DNA from: Nitrospinaceae bacterium
GTDB lineage: Bacteria > Nitrospinota > Nitrospinia > Nitrospinales > Nitrospinaceae
Direction: 5' to 3'
Assembly (NCBI GenBank): GCA_965223665.1
Contig: OZ245011.1
Coordinates: 928,001 to 992,000, forward strand
Length of the DNA: 64,000 nt
Positions 10,734 through 21,819 of this stretch are shown here, piece after piece (the stretch's first letter is position 1; every line of letters begins with the position of its first letter). The position numbers were made by a program, and so were the translations under genes. Below the pieces are notes generated by a model that saw nothing but the letters and a program-made list of their open reading frames with translations, was not told the DNA's origin and ran no database searches.

Positions 10734-11936
10734 CTAAAGTAATTCCTTAACTTCACTACCAGAAATACCTAAAAAATAAAGAATTAATTGCAGGTTTGCT
10801 GTGTTAATGCTTGCTTGAGCATGTTGCTGAACAATTGGCTTAGCATTAAAGGCAATTCCCAATCCAGCACTGGCAAGCATATAAATATCATTAGCCCCAT
10901 CACCTACTGCCACCACTTGCTGAGGTGAGATTCTTTCTTTCCCGGCTAAATCAAGAAGGATTTCCTTTTTTGCTTTTGCATCAATAATGTTTCCTTCTAC
11001 CTCGCCAGTCAAAATGGAGTTCTCAAATTTCAATTGATTCGCGAATCCATAATTTAACCCATATTTCTTTTTTAATCGATCTATAAAAAAGGTAAAGCCT
11101 CCACTCACGATAGCAATTTTATATCCCAGTCTTTGGAGAGCATGGACTAACTCTTCAGCACCAGGAGTTAAAGGTATTTGTTCAGCTAATTGCTCCAATT
11201 GCTCAATTCTAAGACCTTTTAATAATGCAGCTCTTTGCCGAAGCGCGGAAGAGAAATCTAACTCCCCAGCCATCGCTTGATGCGTTATTTTTGCCATTTT
11301 CTCCCCTACTCCTGCCATTTTCCCCAACTCATCTATCACTTCACATTGAAGAAAAGTCATATCTGCATCAAAAACAATTAACCTTTTGTTTGTACGAAAC
11401 AGAGTGTCTTCCTGCACAGCCAGGTCGATATCAAAGTTCTCCTTAAACTGAACCAGCGTATCCATGATTTCCACATTGGTTACTACCTGCTTAGCCCCAA
11501 TGACAATTTCCAATACATGCTGATCTCCATAATCCAACTGTTCAATACGAATAATATTAATATCGTGGTCTGCAAGAGTCCTGGTTAATTCATGGAGAGC
11601 AATGGGGCCTATTTTTCGTCCCAATACAGTGACAACCATTCTATGTTTATAAACTTCTTCAGGTCTGAAGCCCGGCTTCCAGGGATAAACATTAACCATT
11701 AATTGTTTAGCTTGTGCGAATTCTGAAAGAGATTTTCTAAGATCTTCAAGAGTTTCCGGTTTTCCACTTTCTAGCAAAAGGGACAAATTCAGGAGTCCAC
11801 TAAATACAAATTGCTTGATATCCACAACCAAGCATTCGTGCTGAACAATGGAATTTAAGGATTCAGCTAAGATACCAGGCCTGTCTGAACCGGCAATATG
11901 AACGTGAATTTGATGTTTATTGGATGATGTGGGCAT
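10734..11936 (-). CDS. serB: Phosphoserine phosphatase with two N-terminal ACT domains
   Basis: GSDRPGI ACT, FDADMTFLQCEVIDEL, VSGGF, AVGDGAND, GIAFNAKP. Confidence 0.92.
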   Translation of the reverse strand: MPTSSNKHQIHVHIAGSDRPGILAESLNSIVQHECLVVDIKQFVFSGLLNLSLLLESGKPETLEDLRKSLSEFAQAKQLMVNVYPWKPGFRPEEVYKHRMVVTVLGRKIGPIALHELTRTLADHDINIIRIEQLDYGDQHVLEIVIGAKQVVTNVEIMDTLVQFKENFDIDLAVQEDTLFRTNKRLIVFDADMTFLQCEVIDELGKMAGVGEKMAKITHQAMAGELDFSSALRQRAALLKGLRIEQLEQLAEQIPLTPGAEELVHALQRLGYKIAIVSGGFTFFIDRLKKKYGLNYGFANQLKFENSILTGEVEGNIIDAKAKKEILLDLAGKERISPQQVVAVGDGANDIYMLASAGLGIAFNAKPIVQQHAQASINTANLQLILYFLGISGSEVKELL

Positions 11937-11939
11937 TGA

Positions 11940-12392
11940 TTATCCGCGGGGTTTATATCGCCATCCATCTCTCTTTTTGCAAGTCCAACCATCATTTATT
12001 TGAAAGGTAGACATTCCATTTAAATGCTGAGATTCAAACAGTGCAATTATTCCGGGTCCCATAATTTGATTGCCTTTAATATGCAGGCGCTTTAAATTTG
12101 GAAGATATTCCGATTTAGCTAGATATTGAATACCAAGGTCGGTCAACTCGTTGTTATTTAGATTAAGATACTGAACGTTCACAAGATTCTTACACTCTGA
12201 CAATTCCTTAACTCCTCTATCTCCCAGTGAATTATCATCCAAATCCAGCCAACTGACTTCTTCCATTCGTGGGGATTGCCATAACAAACTTGCATCTTCC
12301 GGTGTTAAAGCCAATCCACTTAACATACACTGATTTCCTCTTAGTCTGCCCTCAAATATAGATTCGACAGATTCAAATCTTGCCTTGTTCAT
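11940..12392 (-). CDS. Small leucine-rich-repeat protein
   Basis: Three LxLxxNxL repeats (LDLDDNSLGDRG, LNLNNNELTDLG, LHIKGNQIMGPG). Confidence 0.75.
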   Translation of the reverse strand: MNKARFESVESIFEGRLRGNQCMLSGLALTPEDASLLWQSPRMEEVSWLDLDDNSLGDRGVKELSECKNLVNVQYLNLNNNELTDLGIQYLAKSEYLPNLKRLHIKGNQIMGPGIIALFESQHLNGMSTFQINDGWTCKKRDGWRYKPRG

Positions 12393-13693
12393 GTATCTCC
12401 TATTAAACTCTTCTTTTTTGGAGGAATATATTTGCTTCCTTTTAATTCATTTGGCAAATATTCTTGCTCTACAAAGTTCCCTGGGTAATCGTGAGGATAC
12501 TTGTAATCTCTTCCATAGCCATATTTTTTAGCGTCCTTGTAGTGACTATCTTTCAGATGATCCGGAACTGGAAAAGATTTCCCTTTCTGTTCAATATCAT
12601 TTAAGGCACTATCAATCGCCTGGATTGCTGTATTATCTTTTGGGGCTTTAGCAACATAAATTACAGCCATCGCCAAGGGAATCCGGGCTTCCGGAAGCCC
12701 AATTCGCTCCACGGTATCTGCTGCAGAATTCGCAATCACCAAAGCCTGAGGGTCAGCCAAACCGACATCTTCTGCCGCCGTTATGACCAGTCGTCTGGCA
12801 ATAAATTTAGGATCTTCACCCCCGGCAATCATTTTTGCAAGCCAGTAAATAGCTGCATCAGGATCGGAACCTCTTAGGCTTTTTTGGAAAGCCGAAGCAT
12901 GATCATAATGCTCAGTTCCATTTTTATCATATAAAACTTCAATTCGCTGGATAATTCCTTCGACTGTTTTCCGATTAATGGGCTGAGTTCTAGTTGCAGA
13001 TTTTTCAAGATGATAACTTACAGAGGCTTCTAATATATTTAATGCCCGTCTGGCATCACCGTTTGCATGAATGATTATCAAATCCAAAGCGTCTGGAGCT
13101 AAAGAAATAGAATCCTTTCCAAAACCATTATCTTGGTCTCGGATTGCCCTTTCCAGAATCGAGCGAATATTATCAATTGTTAAATTTCCTAATCGAAATA
13201 CCTGACAACGTGAACGCAATGAAGGAATGACTTCAAATGAAGGATTTTCCGTTGTAGAACCAATTAATCGAAAGGTCCCGTTTTCCACATAGGGTAATAC
13301 CGCATCCTGTTGGGCTTTATTAAATCGATGAATCTCATCGATAAAAAGAATGGTCCTTTTTTTTCTGGAGGTCCATACCTGTTGTGCTTGTTGAATTATT
13401 TTTCTAATATCAGAAACTCCGGAATTCACGGCACTGATTTCTTGAAAATCACTATGAGTTAATTGAGCAACAATTCTCGCGATGGTCGTTTTTCCTGATC
13501 CAGGGGGTCCCCATAGTATGAATGATATATTTGTATCCTTTTCTAAGATATGTCTTAAAGGACTCTGTTTTCCTATCAAATGTTCATGCCCAAAAAATTC
13601 TTGCCACTCATTAGGGCGCATTCTTTCTGCCAATGGTGCAGGAGGAGATTGCTTATTATTCTCATATTCTGGAAATAATTCCATAATAGACAT
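12389..13693 (-). CDS. rarA: Replication-associated recombination protein A (AAA+)
   Basis: PLAERMRP, WGPPGSGKTT, FIDEIHRFNKAQQD, KSLRGSDPDAA, EDVGLADP, YKYPHDYP. Confidence 0.95.
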   Translation of the reverse strand: MSIMELFPEYENNKQSPPAPLAERMRPNEWQEFFGHEHLIGKQSPLRHILEKDTNISFILWGPPGSGKTTIARIVAQLTHSDFQEISAVNSGVSDIRKIIQQAQQVWTSRKKRTILFIDEIHRFNKAQQDAVLPYVENGTFRLIGSTTENPSFEVIPSLRSRCQVFRLGNLTIDNIRSILERAIRDQDNGFGKDSISLAPDALDLIIIHANGDARRALNILEASVSYHLEKSATRTQPINRKTVEGIIQRIEVLYDKNGTEHYDHASAFQKSLRGSDPDAAIYWLAKMIAGGEDPKFIARRLVITAAEDVGLADPQALVIANSAADTVERIGLPEARIPLAMAVIYVAKAPKDNTAIQAIDSALNDIEQKGKSFPVPDHLKDSHYKDAKKYGYGRDYKYPHDYPGNFVEQEYLPNELKGSKYIPPKKKSLIGDT

Positions 13694-13720
13694 GATACGT
13701 TTGACGGAAAGGAGTGTTAA

Positions 13721-15415
13721 TTAAATATCTTTATTTCTAAGAACCTTGATACCTCTACGTAAGGGCTCCATAGTAACAAAAAGAGAAAGAATAATTATCA
13801 AAGAATACATCAAAGTCACATCAAAACCACCGACTGATTCTAACAAAAACTTTTCTTTTAAATGAACATAAATAGGACGGGCTCCTAAAATTAGAATCAG
13901 GCCAACAAAAATCAGACTGGTTAACATATAAAGTATGCCGCCTGTTCCAGTAGAAATTTCTGAGATATTCTGATAATCAAATCGGGGATACATCGCTCCC
14001 ATACCCACAGCCATTCCTACTAAACCCGTTGTCATCAAGAATACTCCAATCACAGAGGATTTCATAACAAAGGCATCCACCTGGAGCAAATAATTTGAGG
14101 CAATTACTAATATCTCCCCTATTAATAAAAGAGGGGGCCAATACATCCAAAATTTACTCATCAAAAAAACCCGCATATTTACCGGGGCGGTGTAAATGAT
14201 CCAAAGTTTTTTTCCTTCAATACTTACCGCAGAGAAAACAAACCTTACCGATAGAGCAGATAAAACAAATCCAATAAGCCCGATATTAAGAACAGAAACC
14301 ACATTTTTTAAAACCAAATTCTCTAAGGGCAAATTCATAATATTAAAGAGGTACACTGCTACTAGGGCTATTAATATTAAAAATTGAGACCATTGTGACG
14401 GATCGCGGGAAAGGATTTTTAGATCTTTATGTAATAAAGCTCCCTTAATTTTTGACCCAGAAAACCAAGAATCATATTTTTTTTGGTTTATTGGTTTCTT
14501 ATAAATTTTGGGAGCATTATGTACTTCTTGATAGTTTCTCCAACCAGGAAAATAAATTGAATTGCTAATCATTTTAAAAACCATCCATCCAATTAACAAT
14601 GCTCCGTATAAATACCCCATATTTAAATAACCTGCATAATAATCACCATTAACCCAACGCTCCAAACCATAACTTATCCAACTAGTAGGCAAAAAATCAA
14701 ATTCCGGAACTCTTAGGCTCTCTACAAAAGCGATAATCATTTCATCAGAGACGTTTTTACTGAAAAATTTTTCTGGTGAGAGAAACCTAAAAAACATGAC
14801 TAACCCCACTAAAAAAAATAACCCCAAAAACGATAAAACTTGATAAGCCCTATCGGTTGGGAAAAAACGCATCAGCAACATTATTCCCAATATCCCTAAT
14901 AAGACAGGGATCGTTACAAAGGGCAATAAACACATGGTTAGAAAAACATAATAACTTGTAGATACACCAAAATAATTTCCATATGCACAAAAAATTGGAA
15001 AAGAAAAAATCATCACCATCAAAGTTGAGTTGACTACCGTTTGTATAACCCGGACGTTTATAATTGATGATAAAGATATTGGCAGTGAATGAAGAAACGA
15101 TGAATCCGCAGATATGAAAAATATAGAAAGAGAAGAAACTACACTTGAAAACAAAACCATTGCAAAAAGAGTGAGAAAAATTACTCCCATTAGCTGGAAT
15201 ATTAACTCCTCGCCAATGTTTAGGGGAAGTCCGTCAATGTGCTTGATAATTCTATAAAAAAATACATAATCCCCTACTAAAAATAATATCCCCAGGGTCA
15301 ACAAAATGGACCATCGAACCAATTTATTAGGTGTTGGTCTTACAGTTTCATTCTTTAAAAATAGAAATCGAAGATGAATTAAACGAGTAGTGTCTTTTAA
15401 ATTAAACCCTAGCAC
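13721..15415 (-). CDS. Putative ABC-2-type transporter permease (multi-TM)
   Basis: Many hydrophobic helices; KDLKILSRDPSQWSQ and SIEGKKLWII motifs typical of this conserved permease family. Confidence 0.7.
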   Translation of the reverse strand: MLGFNLKDTTRLIHLRFLFLKNETVRPTPNKLVRWSILLTLGILFLVGDYVFFYRIIKHIDGLPLNIGEELIFQLMGVIFLTLFAMVLFSSVVSSLSIFFISADSSFLHSLPISLSSIINVRVIQTVVNSTLMVMIFSFPIFCAYGNYFGVSTSYYVFLTMCLLPFVTIPVLLGILGIMLLMRFFPTDRAYQVLSFLGLFFLVGLVMFFRFLSPEKFFSKNVSDEMIIAFVESLRVPEFDFLPTSWISYGLERWVNGDYYAGYLNMGYLYGALLIGWMVFKMISNSIYFPGWRNYQEVHNAPKIYKKPINQKKYDSWFSGSKIKGALLHKDLKILSRDPSQWSQFLILIALVAVYLFNIMNLPLENLVLKNVVSVLNIGLIGFVLSALSVRFVFSAVSIEGKKLWIIYTAPVNMRVFLMSKFWMYWPPLLLIGEILVIASNYLLQVDAFVMKSSVIGVFLMTTGLVGMAVGMGAMYPRFDYQNISEISTGTGGILYMLTSLIFVGLILILGARPIYVHLKEKFLLESVGGFDVTLMYSLIIILSLFVTMEPLRRGIKVLRNKDI

Positions 15416-15424
15416 CCAAACACC

Positions 15425-16453
15425 TCAAACCGCAATTGCTGAATATTCCTGTGAAGCTTTGAGTTCTCTGAAAGAATTTTCTACCCACACAACACAAAAA
15501 TGATCTAACCATCGGCGATCTTTCCAAGGAGTTTTCTTTTTAGATATGTAACCCATATGCCCCCCAAATTCAGGTTGAATTAGATTTACATTTAAACTCC
15601 TGGGGCTTTTGTCAAAACTCTTAGGGGGAACAAAAGGGTCATCTAAGGAGCTTAAAATAGTAGTCGGAATACTTATATTATTTAAAAACTGATTCGCACT
15701 ACATGTCTTATAATATTCCTGGACATTTTCATAACCGGCTGCAGGGGCTGTGTATTCCGTATCAAACTCATAAATAGTTTTCGCCTTTCCTGAAGGACAA
15801 TAGGCTTCCGGAAAACATTGAGTCATAGCATCTGCTTGTCGATGCATCAATTTCAAATAATAATTATTAAAAATTTTGGCAAAAGGACCATTCGAAATAG
15901 CCAAACTTGCTGCTTCCAAATCGACGGGTGGGTTCACGGCCAAGCCGGAATAAATATTGGATGGGATATTTCTATTTTCACCCAAATATTTTAATAAAAT
16001 ATTCCCACTTAACGAAAAACCAATCAGAAAAAATGTTTTATTTGGATAAAGATTTACCAAAAGTTTTATAGTAGAAGCTAAATCCTCGCTACTTCCTCCA
16101 TTCCAAAGCCGATTACAAAGCCCAATTCCTGGTCCACTACCTCTATGATTCATTTGAAAAACATGGAAACCCTTATTAAATAATTTTTGAGAAATCCTTC
16201 GAATGTATCCGGATTCACTACATCCTCCCATACCATGAGCTAAAAGCACCCCAGGCTGATGGGAGTTTTTTGATGGCATTTCAAATAATACCAATTGATT
16301 TGAGGAGTCTAGCCTTATTTTGTGGACTTTCCTTTGGGGGAGCAAAGTTTCTCCCGGGAATTGAGATCCCCAAATTGTTTGAAATACGCCTCCCTTGATG
16401 CCAGTAAAGGGTTTAAAAGGATTAGATTTTAAAAATACGTCAAAAGAATCCAT
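15425..16453 (-). CDS. YheT-family alpha/beta hydrolase
   Basis: HGMGGCSES, GFSLSGN nucleophile elbow, DDPFVP, GGHMGY. Confidence 0.85.
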   Translation of the reverse strand: MDSFDVFLKSNPFKPFTGIKGGVFQTIWGSQFPGETLLPQRKVHKIRLDSSNQLVLFEMPSKNSHQPGVLLAHGMGGCSESGYIRRISQKLFNKGFHVFQMNHRGSGPGIGLCNRLWNGGSSEDLASTIKLLVNLYPNKTFFLIGFSLSGNILLKYLGENRNIPSNIYSGLAVNPPVDLEAASLAISNGPFAKIFNNYYLKLMHRQADAMTQCFPEAYCPSGKAKTIYEFDTEYTAPAAGYENVQEYYKTCSANQFLNNISIPTTILSSLDDPFVPPKSFDKSPRSLNVNLIQPEFGGHMGYISKKKTPWKDRRWLDHFCVVWVENSFRELKASQEYSAIAV

Positions 16454-16497
16454 AGAGGACCAAACTCCTCATTATTCCTAATTTTAATCCCAAAAAA

Positions 16498-16525
16498 GGA
16501 ATAAAATTGAGGTTTCCAAATCAAT
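16498..16525 (+). promoter_or_regulatory. Putative ECF sigma promoter GGAAT-N17-ATCAAT
   Basis: GGAATAAAAT at 16498; same -35 and spacing as the motifs at 31736 and 42102. Confidence 0.4.
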
Positions 16526-16690
16526 AGTTTAAATGGTTTAATTTCATTATAAAGGACACATGATTAATTTAAACATGGAATTTTTTTAAAGTTGTTTTGA
16601 ACAGGAATTCTTGACTTAATGTAATCGGATTGTTAAATTCCAATACAGATAAAATCAACTATTTCAACAGATCCCATAATAATTTATTAA

Positions 16691-18064
16691 GTGATTATGA
16701 AACTCCTTGCCTCTAAATTTGTATTTGGATTTACTATTACCTTTTTGCTTATAGCGGGACCAAATTCCTGGGCTTCTTCCGCATTAGAGAAAGCCACCCA
16801 ATTTAGCCGTATTGGGCAATGGGAGAATGCTGTTACCGAATTTCAAAAACACCTATCTGAGAATCCTGATGATGGCAGATCTCAAGCCAATCTGGGAGTG
16901 GCTCTGGGTCGTATAAATCGACACAAGGATGCCATGCTGGCTTTTGATAAAGCAATAGAAATAGGTTATGACAGTGCACAGTTTCGATATTATAGGGGGC
17001 TCTCTTTAGCCAAGTTAAGTTTGCTTGAAGAAGCGGCACATGAAATTGAATTAGCCCTACAAAAAGATTCAAGGATGGCATTGGCAGATTATGACTTAGG
17101 CATCATATATTCAAAACTGGGAGAGTTTAAAAAAGCCAGATCTCAGGTAGACAAACTTTATAAAAGAAATTATAAAATGGCTAAGAAGCTTTTTGACCAA
17201 ATCCCTTCAAAATACCAGGTAAAGTCAGTAGATGATGGAGGCACTCTCAATGGAAAAGTTATTCTTGAGGGTCCGGTTCCAAAAGCCAGGTCTTTTCACT
17301 TAATCCATGCCCCTAATATTAAATATTGTTCCAGAATGTCGGACGGAAAGGGTCACAGAATTGTTTATGATTTTCAGGTTTCTGAGGATAGAGGCATGAA
17401 AGATACAATAATTGCAATTCTAGGAGTGAAAAAAGGAAAACCTTTTTCTACCAATCTGAAAAAATTAAATATTCATAGATGCCATACTCCAAATTATGTA
17501 ATTGCTATCAAAAACGGTGAGGACTTATTACTCGAAAACAAAGATCCAATCAAACATGAAATAGCTGCATACGAAGTTATTGGGGCGCATCGAAATCAAA
17601 TTAGTAATAAAAGTTTATTGCCTAATTCCAGTCAAGTACGATCCGCATTTGTGAAAAAAAACGCTCCTGAGTTTATGTTGAAATGTAATCTTCACCCGTT
17701 TTTGCAATCCCGCGGTTTTTTCATTGAAAATCCTTATTTTGCAATAACCGATGAAAAGGGAGAATTTAATATTAAGGACATACCACCGGGAACTTATGAA
17801 ATTCTTGCCTGGCACCCCTTTATTCCTACTCAAAAAGGAACCATTACAATAGAAGCTGGAAAATCTTCCAAGATCAATTTTTCATTTAATGGAAAAGATG
17901 CTCGCAGAAAACTATACCACGATGATACCAAAGGTTACCGCTTTAATACCTGGTATGATAGTTTTGAAAATTTTTATGGTGGTAAAAGAGTGGATGATCC
18001 AGTTGAAGTTCTTCAAGATTTTAATAATAAAAAACGTTACGAAGGAGATTTAAAACCGTTCTAG
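16691..18064 (+). CDS. Secreted TPR protein with cupredoxin-like and carboxypeptidase-regulatory-like domains
   Basis: Signal peptide, TPR repeats, then GGTLNGKV, HEIAAY, CNLHPFL, NPYFAITD..IPPGTYEILAWHP shared with paralogs at 31987, 32769 and 43620. Confidence 0.7.
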   Translation: MIMKLLASKFVFGFTITFLLIAGPNSWASSALEKATQFSRIGQWENAVTEFQKHLSENPDDGRSQANLGVALGRINRHKDAMLAFDKAIEIGYDSAQFRYYRGLSLAKLSLLEEAAHEIELALQKDSRMALADYDLGIIYSKLGEFKKARSQVDKLYKRNYKMAKKLFDQIPSKYQVKSVDDGGTLNGKVILEGPVPKARSFHLIHAPNIKYCSRMSDGKGHRIVYDFQVSEDRGMKDTIIAILGVKKGKPFSTNLKKLNIHRCHTPNYVIAIKNGEDLLLENKDPIKHEIAAYEVIGAHRNQISNKSLLPNSSQVRSAFVKKNAPEFMLKCNLHPFLQSRGFFIENPYFAITDEKGEFNIKDIPPGTYEILAWHPFIPTQKGTITIEAGKSSKINFSFNGKDARRKLYHDDTKGYRFNTWYDSFENFYGGKRVDDPVEVLQDFNNKKRYEGDLKPF

Positions 18065-18077
18065 TGGTTTTTAATCT

Positions 18078-18779
18078 TTAACCGTTTACCTTTACTACAA
18101 TAGGCCTCAAAGAATAATGTAAGCGAATATCCGAAGCTGCTTTTTGGGCTTCTTCCATTTTTCTATATTTTCCCAAACTTATACGGTGCCACTGGATTTT
18201 GGTTTTTGGATCCCTGACTCGAGTAATAAAAATTGGAAATCCACGGCTTTTTAACTTCATTCCTAAATCATTAGCTAATTTAATATCTTTATAAGAACTC
18301 ACCTGAACAATAAAAAATGATTGATCAAATTTTTTGTTGATCGGAGGGGATTCAGGTATAAAAATGGGTTTTGAGGGGGAAGTTTGGGATGAGGGTTCAG
18401 TTAATAGATTTTCTAACTCTTTATTCAGGCGGCTTTGCAAATCGTTTACGAATTGAGGGTCCGATACAGCTTCTTCAAATTGATCCACCCATTTTTCAAC
18501 TTTTTTCTTCACTACTTTTCCATTTAGGTCAACATATCTAGCCAACTCAGCATCTTTTAAAGTATCAAAAAAAGTAAAATTATACTTTGGCTCAGGGGCG
18601 GGTTCGATTTCAATTAAATTATCTTTTACGGATTGAGACTTTACCGCACGGTTTTTTTTCACAATTTTGGGAGGCTCCTCATCTAGAAAATATTTCGAGA
18701 TATAATCCTCTTTCCCGGCAAAATAAACCATACCCATGGCAAAAAACATTATTGTCAAAAAAAAGCACTTTCGTATCAC
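18078..18779 (-). CDS. SPOR-domain cell division protein (FtsN-like)
   Basis: N-terminal TM, FTFFDTL motif, C-terminal IVQVSSYK..WHRISLG SPOR domain; lies downstream of argS. Confidence 0.8.
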   Translation of the reverse strand: MIRKCFFLTIMFFAMGMVYFAGKEDYISKYFLDEEPPKIVKKNRAVKSQSVKDNLIEIEPAPEPKYNFTFFDTLKDAELARYVDLNGKVVKKKVEKWVDQFEEAVSDPQFVNDLQSRLNKELENLLTEPSSQTSPSKPIFIPESPPINKKFDQSFFIVQVSSYKDIKLANDLGMKLKSRGFPIFITRVRDPKTKIQWHRISLGKYRKMEEAQKAASDIRLHYSLRPIVVKVNG

Positions 18780-18908
18780 GTGGGACCTTCCTCATTGAGT
18801 GAAACTCAATTCTACCATATTTTTCAAAGAGTTATAACAGTAGACCTTTAATATTTAAAGGCCAATCCACTTTTTTTTAAAGGAAAATTTTGAATGTTAC
18901 GAAAAAAA

Positions 18909-20573
18909 TTACATTTTTTCTGGTGCGGAGACACCTAAGATACCCAGACCACTTGTAATTACATGGCGCAAACAATTAATTAAGTATAGGCGAGCTAATG
19001 ATTGATTTTGATCATCGGTTACAAACCGACATTTCTTGTAATAACTATGAAAGGTAGAAACCAAGTCCTGTAAATAAAATGAGATTTTATGAATTTCCAA
19101 AGCTAAAGCACTTTTTTCAATACATTCTTTGTAAGCTAGAATTTTCTTTATGAGTACAAACTCATCATCAAGCTTCAATTGATTTAAATCAACCTCAATC
19201 GAATCTAATGGTGGGAGACCTTTCTCCTGAGCAGTTTTAAATACATTACAAATTCGAGCATGAGCATATTGGATATAAAAAACCGGATTCTCCGGTGTTT
19301 CTTTTTTTGCCAACTCCAAATCAAAATCTAAATGGCTATCTGAACTTCTCATTAAAAAGAAGAACCGAGTGGCATCCACTCCTACTTCAGTTACTACATC
19401 TGCTAATGTTTCAAATTCTCCGGAACGCGTAGACATTGATACTTTTTCACCACCACGTCGAAGGGAAACAAATTGAACAAGCAATACTTTAAAAACTTCT
19501 TTTCCGTAGTCCATTGCTTGTAATACTGCTTGCATGCGAGGAACATATCCATGATGATCCGCACCCCAAATATCCAAAATGTTTTCAAAACCCCGGTCTA
19601 CCTTATTTTTATGATAGGCGATATCAGAACAAAAATAGGTTTTTTCTCCCCCTTGCTTAATTATGACCCGATCTTTATCATCATTGAAAGCAGAAGACTT
19701 TAGCCAGGTAGCCCCCTCTTTTTCGTATATAAAACCCTTTTCATTCAACCAGTCGATAGCTTTGTCCACGGAGTGATCGTCATATAAACTTTGTTCGCTG
19801 AACCATCGATCAAACTCAACTCGAAATTCCTTTAAATCATTCCGTATTCCTTCTAAAATAAAATTTTTCGAATAGTTTCTGAAAAAGGAAAGAGCCTCTT
19901 CATCTGACTTGTTTAAATGACTATCCCCATCCTTTTCCACAATTTCGCTGGCAATATCTTTAATATAGTCTCCCTTATAGCCATCCTCAGGAAATTCGAC
20001 CGGTTTACCCAATAACTCGCAATACCTTACCCATGTGGATCGCCCCAGATTATTCATTTGGTTACCCACGTCATTAATATAATATTCGGTTGAAACATCA
20101 AAACCGGCTTTTTTTAACAGGCAGGAAAGCGCGTGTCCAACAGCAGCCCCTCTTCCATGTCCTACGTGCAATGGTCCCGTGGGATTTGCACTAACAAACT
20201 CTAACAATACTTTTTGTTTATTCCCCACTTGAGATTCACCAAAATTTTCACCAAGTCGATCTACTTCTTTTAGCTTTTCCAAATAAAAGTTGGGGGACAT
20301 TTTAAGATTAATAAAACCCGGTCCAGCAATATTCACTGAATCCAACCAACCATTTTTATCCTCAATTTCCTCGCAAATAATTTCGGCAATTATTTTTGGA
20401 TTTTTCTTTTCGGAACGGGCCAAATTCATGGCTATAGTAGTGGCAAAATCGCCTAACTTCTCATCTTTGGGAGCCTCAATAATAATGTTTGGATCCTCGG
20501 ATAATATTAGTTTCTCATGCTCTTTTGCACGCGCTAAAGCACCTGCTATGATTTCTGTGACTGAATTTTTCAT
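18909..20573 (-). CDS. argS: Arginine--tRNA ligase
   Basis: EFVSANPTGPLHVGHGR (HIGH), WGADHHGY, MSTRSG, YIQYAHARI, GVSAPEKM. Confidence 0.97.
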   Translation of the reverse strand: MKNSVTEIIAGALARAKEHEKLILSEDPNIIIEAPKDEKLGDFATTIAMNLARSEKKNPKIIAEIICEEIEDKNGWLDSVNIAGPGFINLKMSPNFYLEKLKEVDRLGENFGESQVGNKQKVLLEFVSANPTGPLHVGHGRGAAVGHALSCLLKKAGFDVSTEYYINDVGNQMNNLGRSTWVRYCELLGKPVEFPEDGYKGDYIKDIASEIVEKDGDSHLNKSDEEALSFFRNYSKNFILEGIRNDLKEFRVEFDRWFSEQSLYDDHSVDKAIDWLNEKGFIYEKEGATWLKSSAFNDDKDRVIIKQGGEKTYFCSDIAYHKNKVDRGFENILDIWGADHHGYVPRMQAVLQAMDYGKEVFKVLLVQFVSLRRGGEKVSMSTRSGEFETLADVVTEVGVDATRFFFLMRSSDSHLDFDLELAKKETPENPVFYIQYAHARICNVFKTAQEKGLPPLDSIEVDLNQLKLDDEFVLIKKILAYKECIEKSALALEIHKISFYLQDLVSTFHSYYKKCRFVTDDQNQSLARLYLINCLRHVITSGLGILGVSAPEKM

Positions 20574-20651
20574 AGAAGTAGGATTCTCAAATAAAAAATG
20601 GGGTACTACTATATCAAAAAGAATATAAATTGTTAGAAAAAATGGCGGGAT

Positions 20652-20966
20652 TTAATTTGATTGTTGACGAACGGCTTCGATTTCCTTGTCCATCGCTGAT
20701 TCCAGAAGCTCCTTTTCTTTAATAAACTCTTCTTTTAATTTCTCGGAAGCTTCTACTAACTCCTCCGGACGAACCCGGTCCTCTAAATGTTTTAATTTAT
20801 GTTGAAGGGTAACATCCTTGTCTGCAATTTTAGCTTTATACTCTTTCCGGATTTCCTTAATTTGATCTTTTTGTTTTTGAGTTAATTTTTTTTGATTTTT
20901 AGCTTCAGGAACTAACTTATTTGATTTCTCCAAACTAATTTCCCAAGCACTCTTTAAACCAGACAT
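20652..20966 (-). CDS. Conserved hypothetical coiled-coil protein
   Basis: LKSAWEISLEK N-terminus, charged helical sequence, GAGG RBS. Confidence 0.7.
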   Translation of the reverse strand: MSGLKSAWEISLEKSNKLVPEAKNQKKLTQKQKDQIKEIRKEYKAKIADKDVTLQHKLKHLEDRVRPEELVEASEKLKEEFIKEKELLESAMDKEIEAVRQQSN

Positions 20967-21038
20967 TAAAAACCTCTTTCAAGTTACAAATATAAAACTT
21001 TTTATGAATATCAAACTAATTTTAATATTTCTTTACCA

Positions 21039-21494
21039 TTAACTTGCCTCTAATTGCGAGGTGCAATTTGGACAACGTGTCGCCTTGATAGGAATTGTAT
21101 TAAAACAAAAACCACAATCTTTAGTAGTAGGCTCTTCTTCCGGGACTTCTTCTTCTCGCTTTAGTTTATTAATTGCTCTAATTAACAAAAATACAGCAAA
21201 AGCCACAATTAGAAAACTAATAATAGCATTAAAAAACACACCATAATTTATTGAAACCGCACCAGCTGTCTTTGCATCAGCAAGAGATGCATAAGGTCCA
21301 GCCGTGGCCCCATCTTTAATAACCAGGAAAAGATTTGTAAAATCAACCCCCCCTAACAACATTCCAATGGGAGGCATCAGCACATCAGAAACTAATACTT
21401 TGACAATGGTTCCGAATGCACCACCAATAATTATACCCACGGCCATATCAACAACGTTTCCACGCATTGCAAACTCTTTAAATTCTTTAAACAT
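21039..21494 (-). CDS. mscL: Large-conductance mechanosensitive channel with C-terminal zinc ribbon
   Basis: [23 protein letters not shown]; tail [13 protein letters not shown]; start ATG 21494 after GAGGAGG. Confidence 0.95.
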   Translation of the reverse strand: MFKEFKEFAMRGNVVDMAVGIIIGGAFGTIVKVLVSDVLMPPIGMLLGGVDFTNLFLVIKDGATAGPYASLADAKTAGAVSINYGVFFNAIISFLIVAFAVFLLIRAINKLKREEEVPEEEPTTKDCGFCFNTIPIKATRCPNCTSQLEAS

Positions 21495-21819
21495 ATCCCC
21501 TCCTCTAATTTCAAAATGCAATTACAGAATGTGATGATGATGTAGTTTAAATTCAACGAATTTTATCATAAAAATTTATTCTTTTCCCAAAATAGGCCAA
21601 TAAAATTGATATTCTGGAATTCCATCTCCTAGAAACGAAATAATTTAAATTAATAAAAACAATATTTTTTATTTGAAAAATCCAAAACTGCATTAACATT
21701 AGTAAAACAGAAATTAAGAACACATTTAAATTTCAATTTTTCTCAAACCTATTTTCATTTAATTAAACTTTTATTATTGATTCCTAACTTTTTTAATTCA
21801 AATTTGAAAGGTCAACAGC

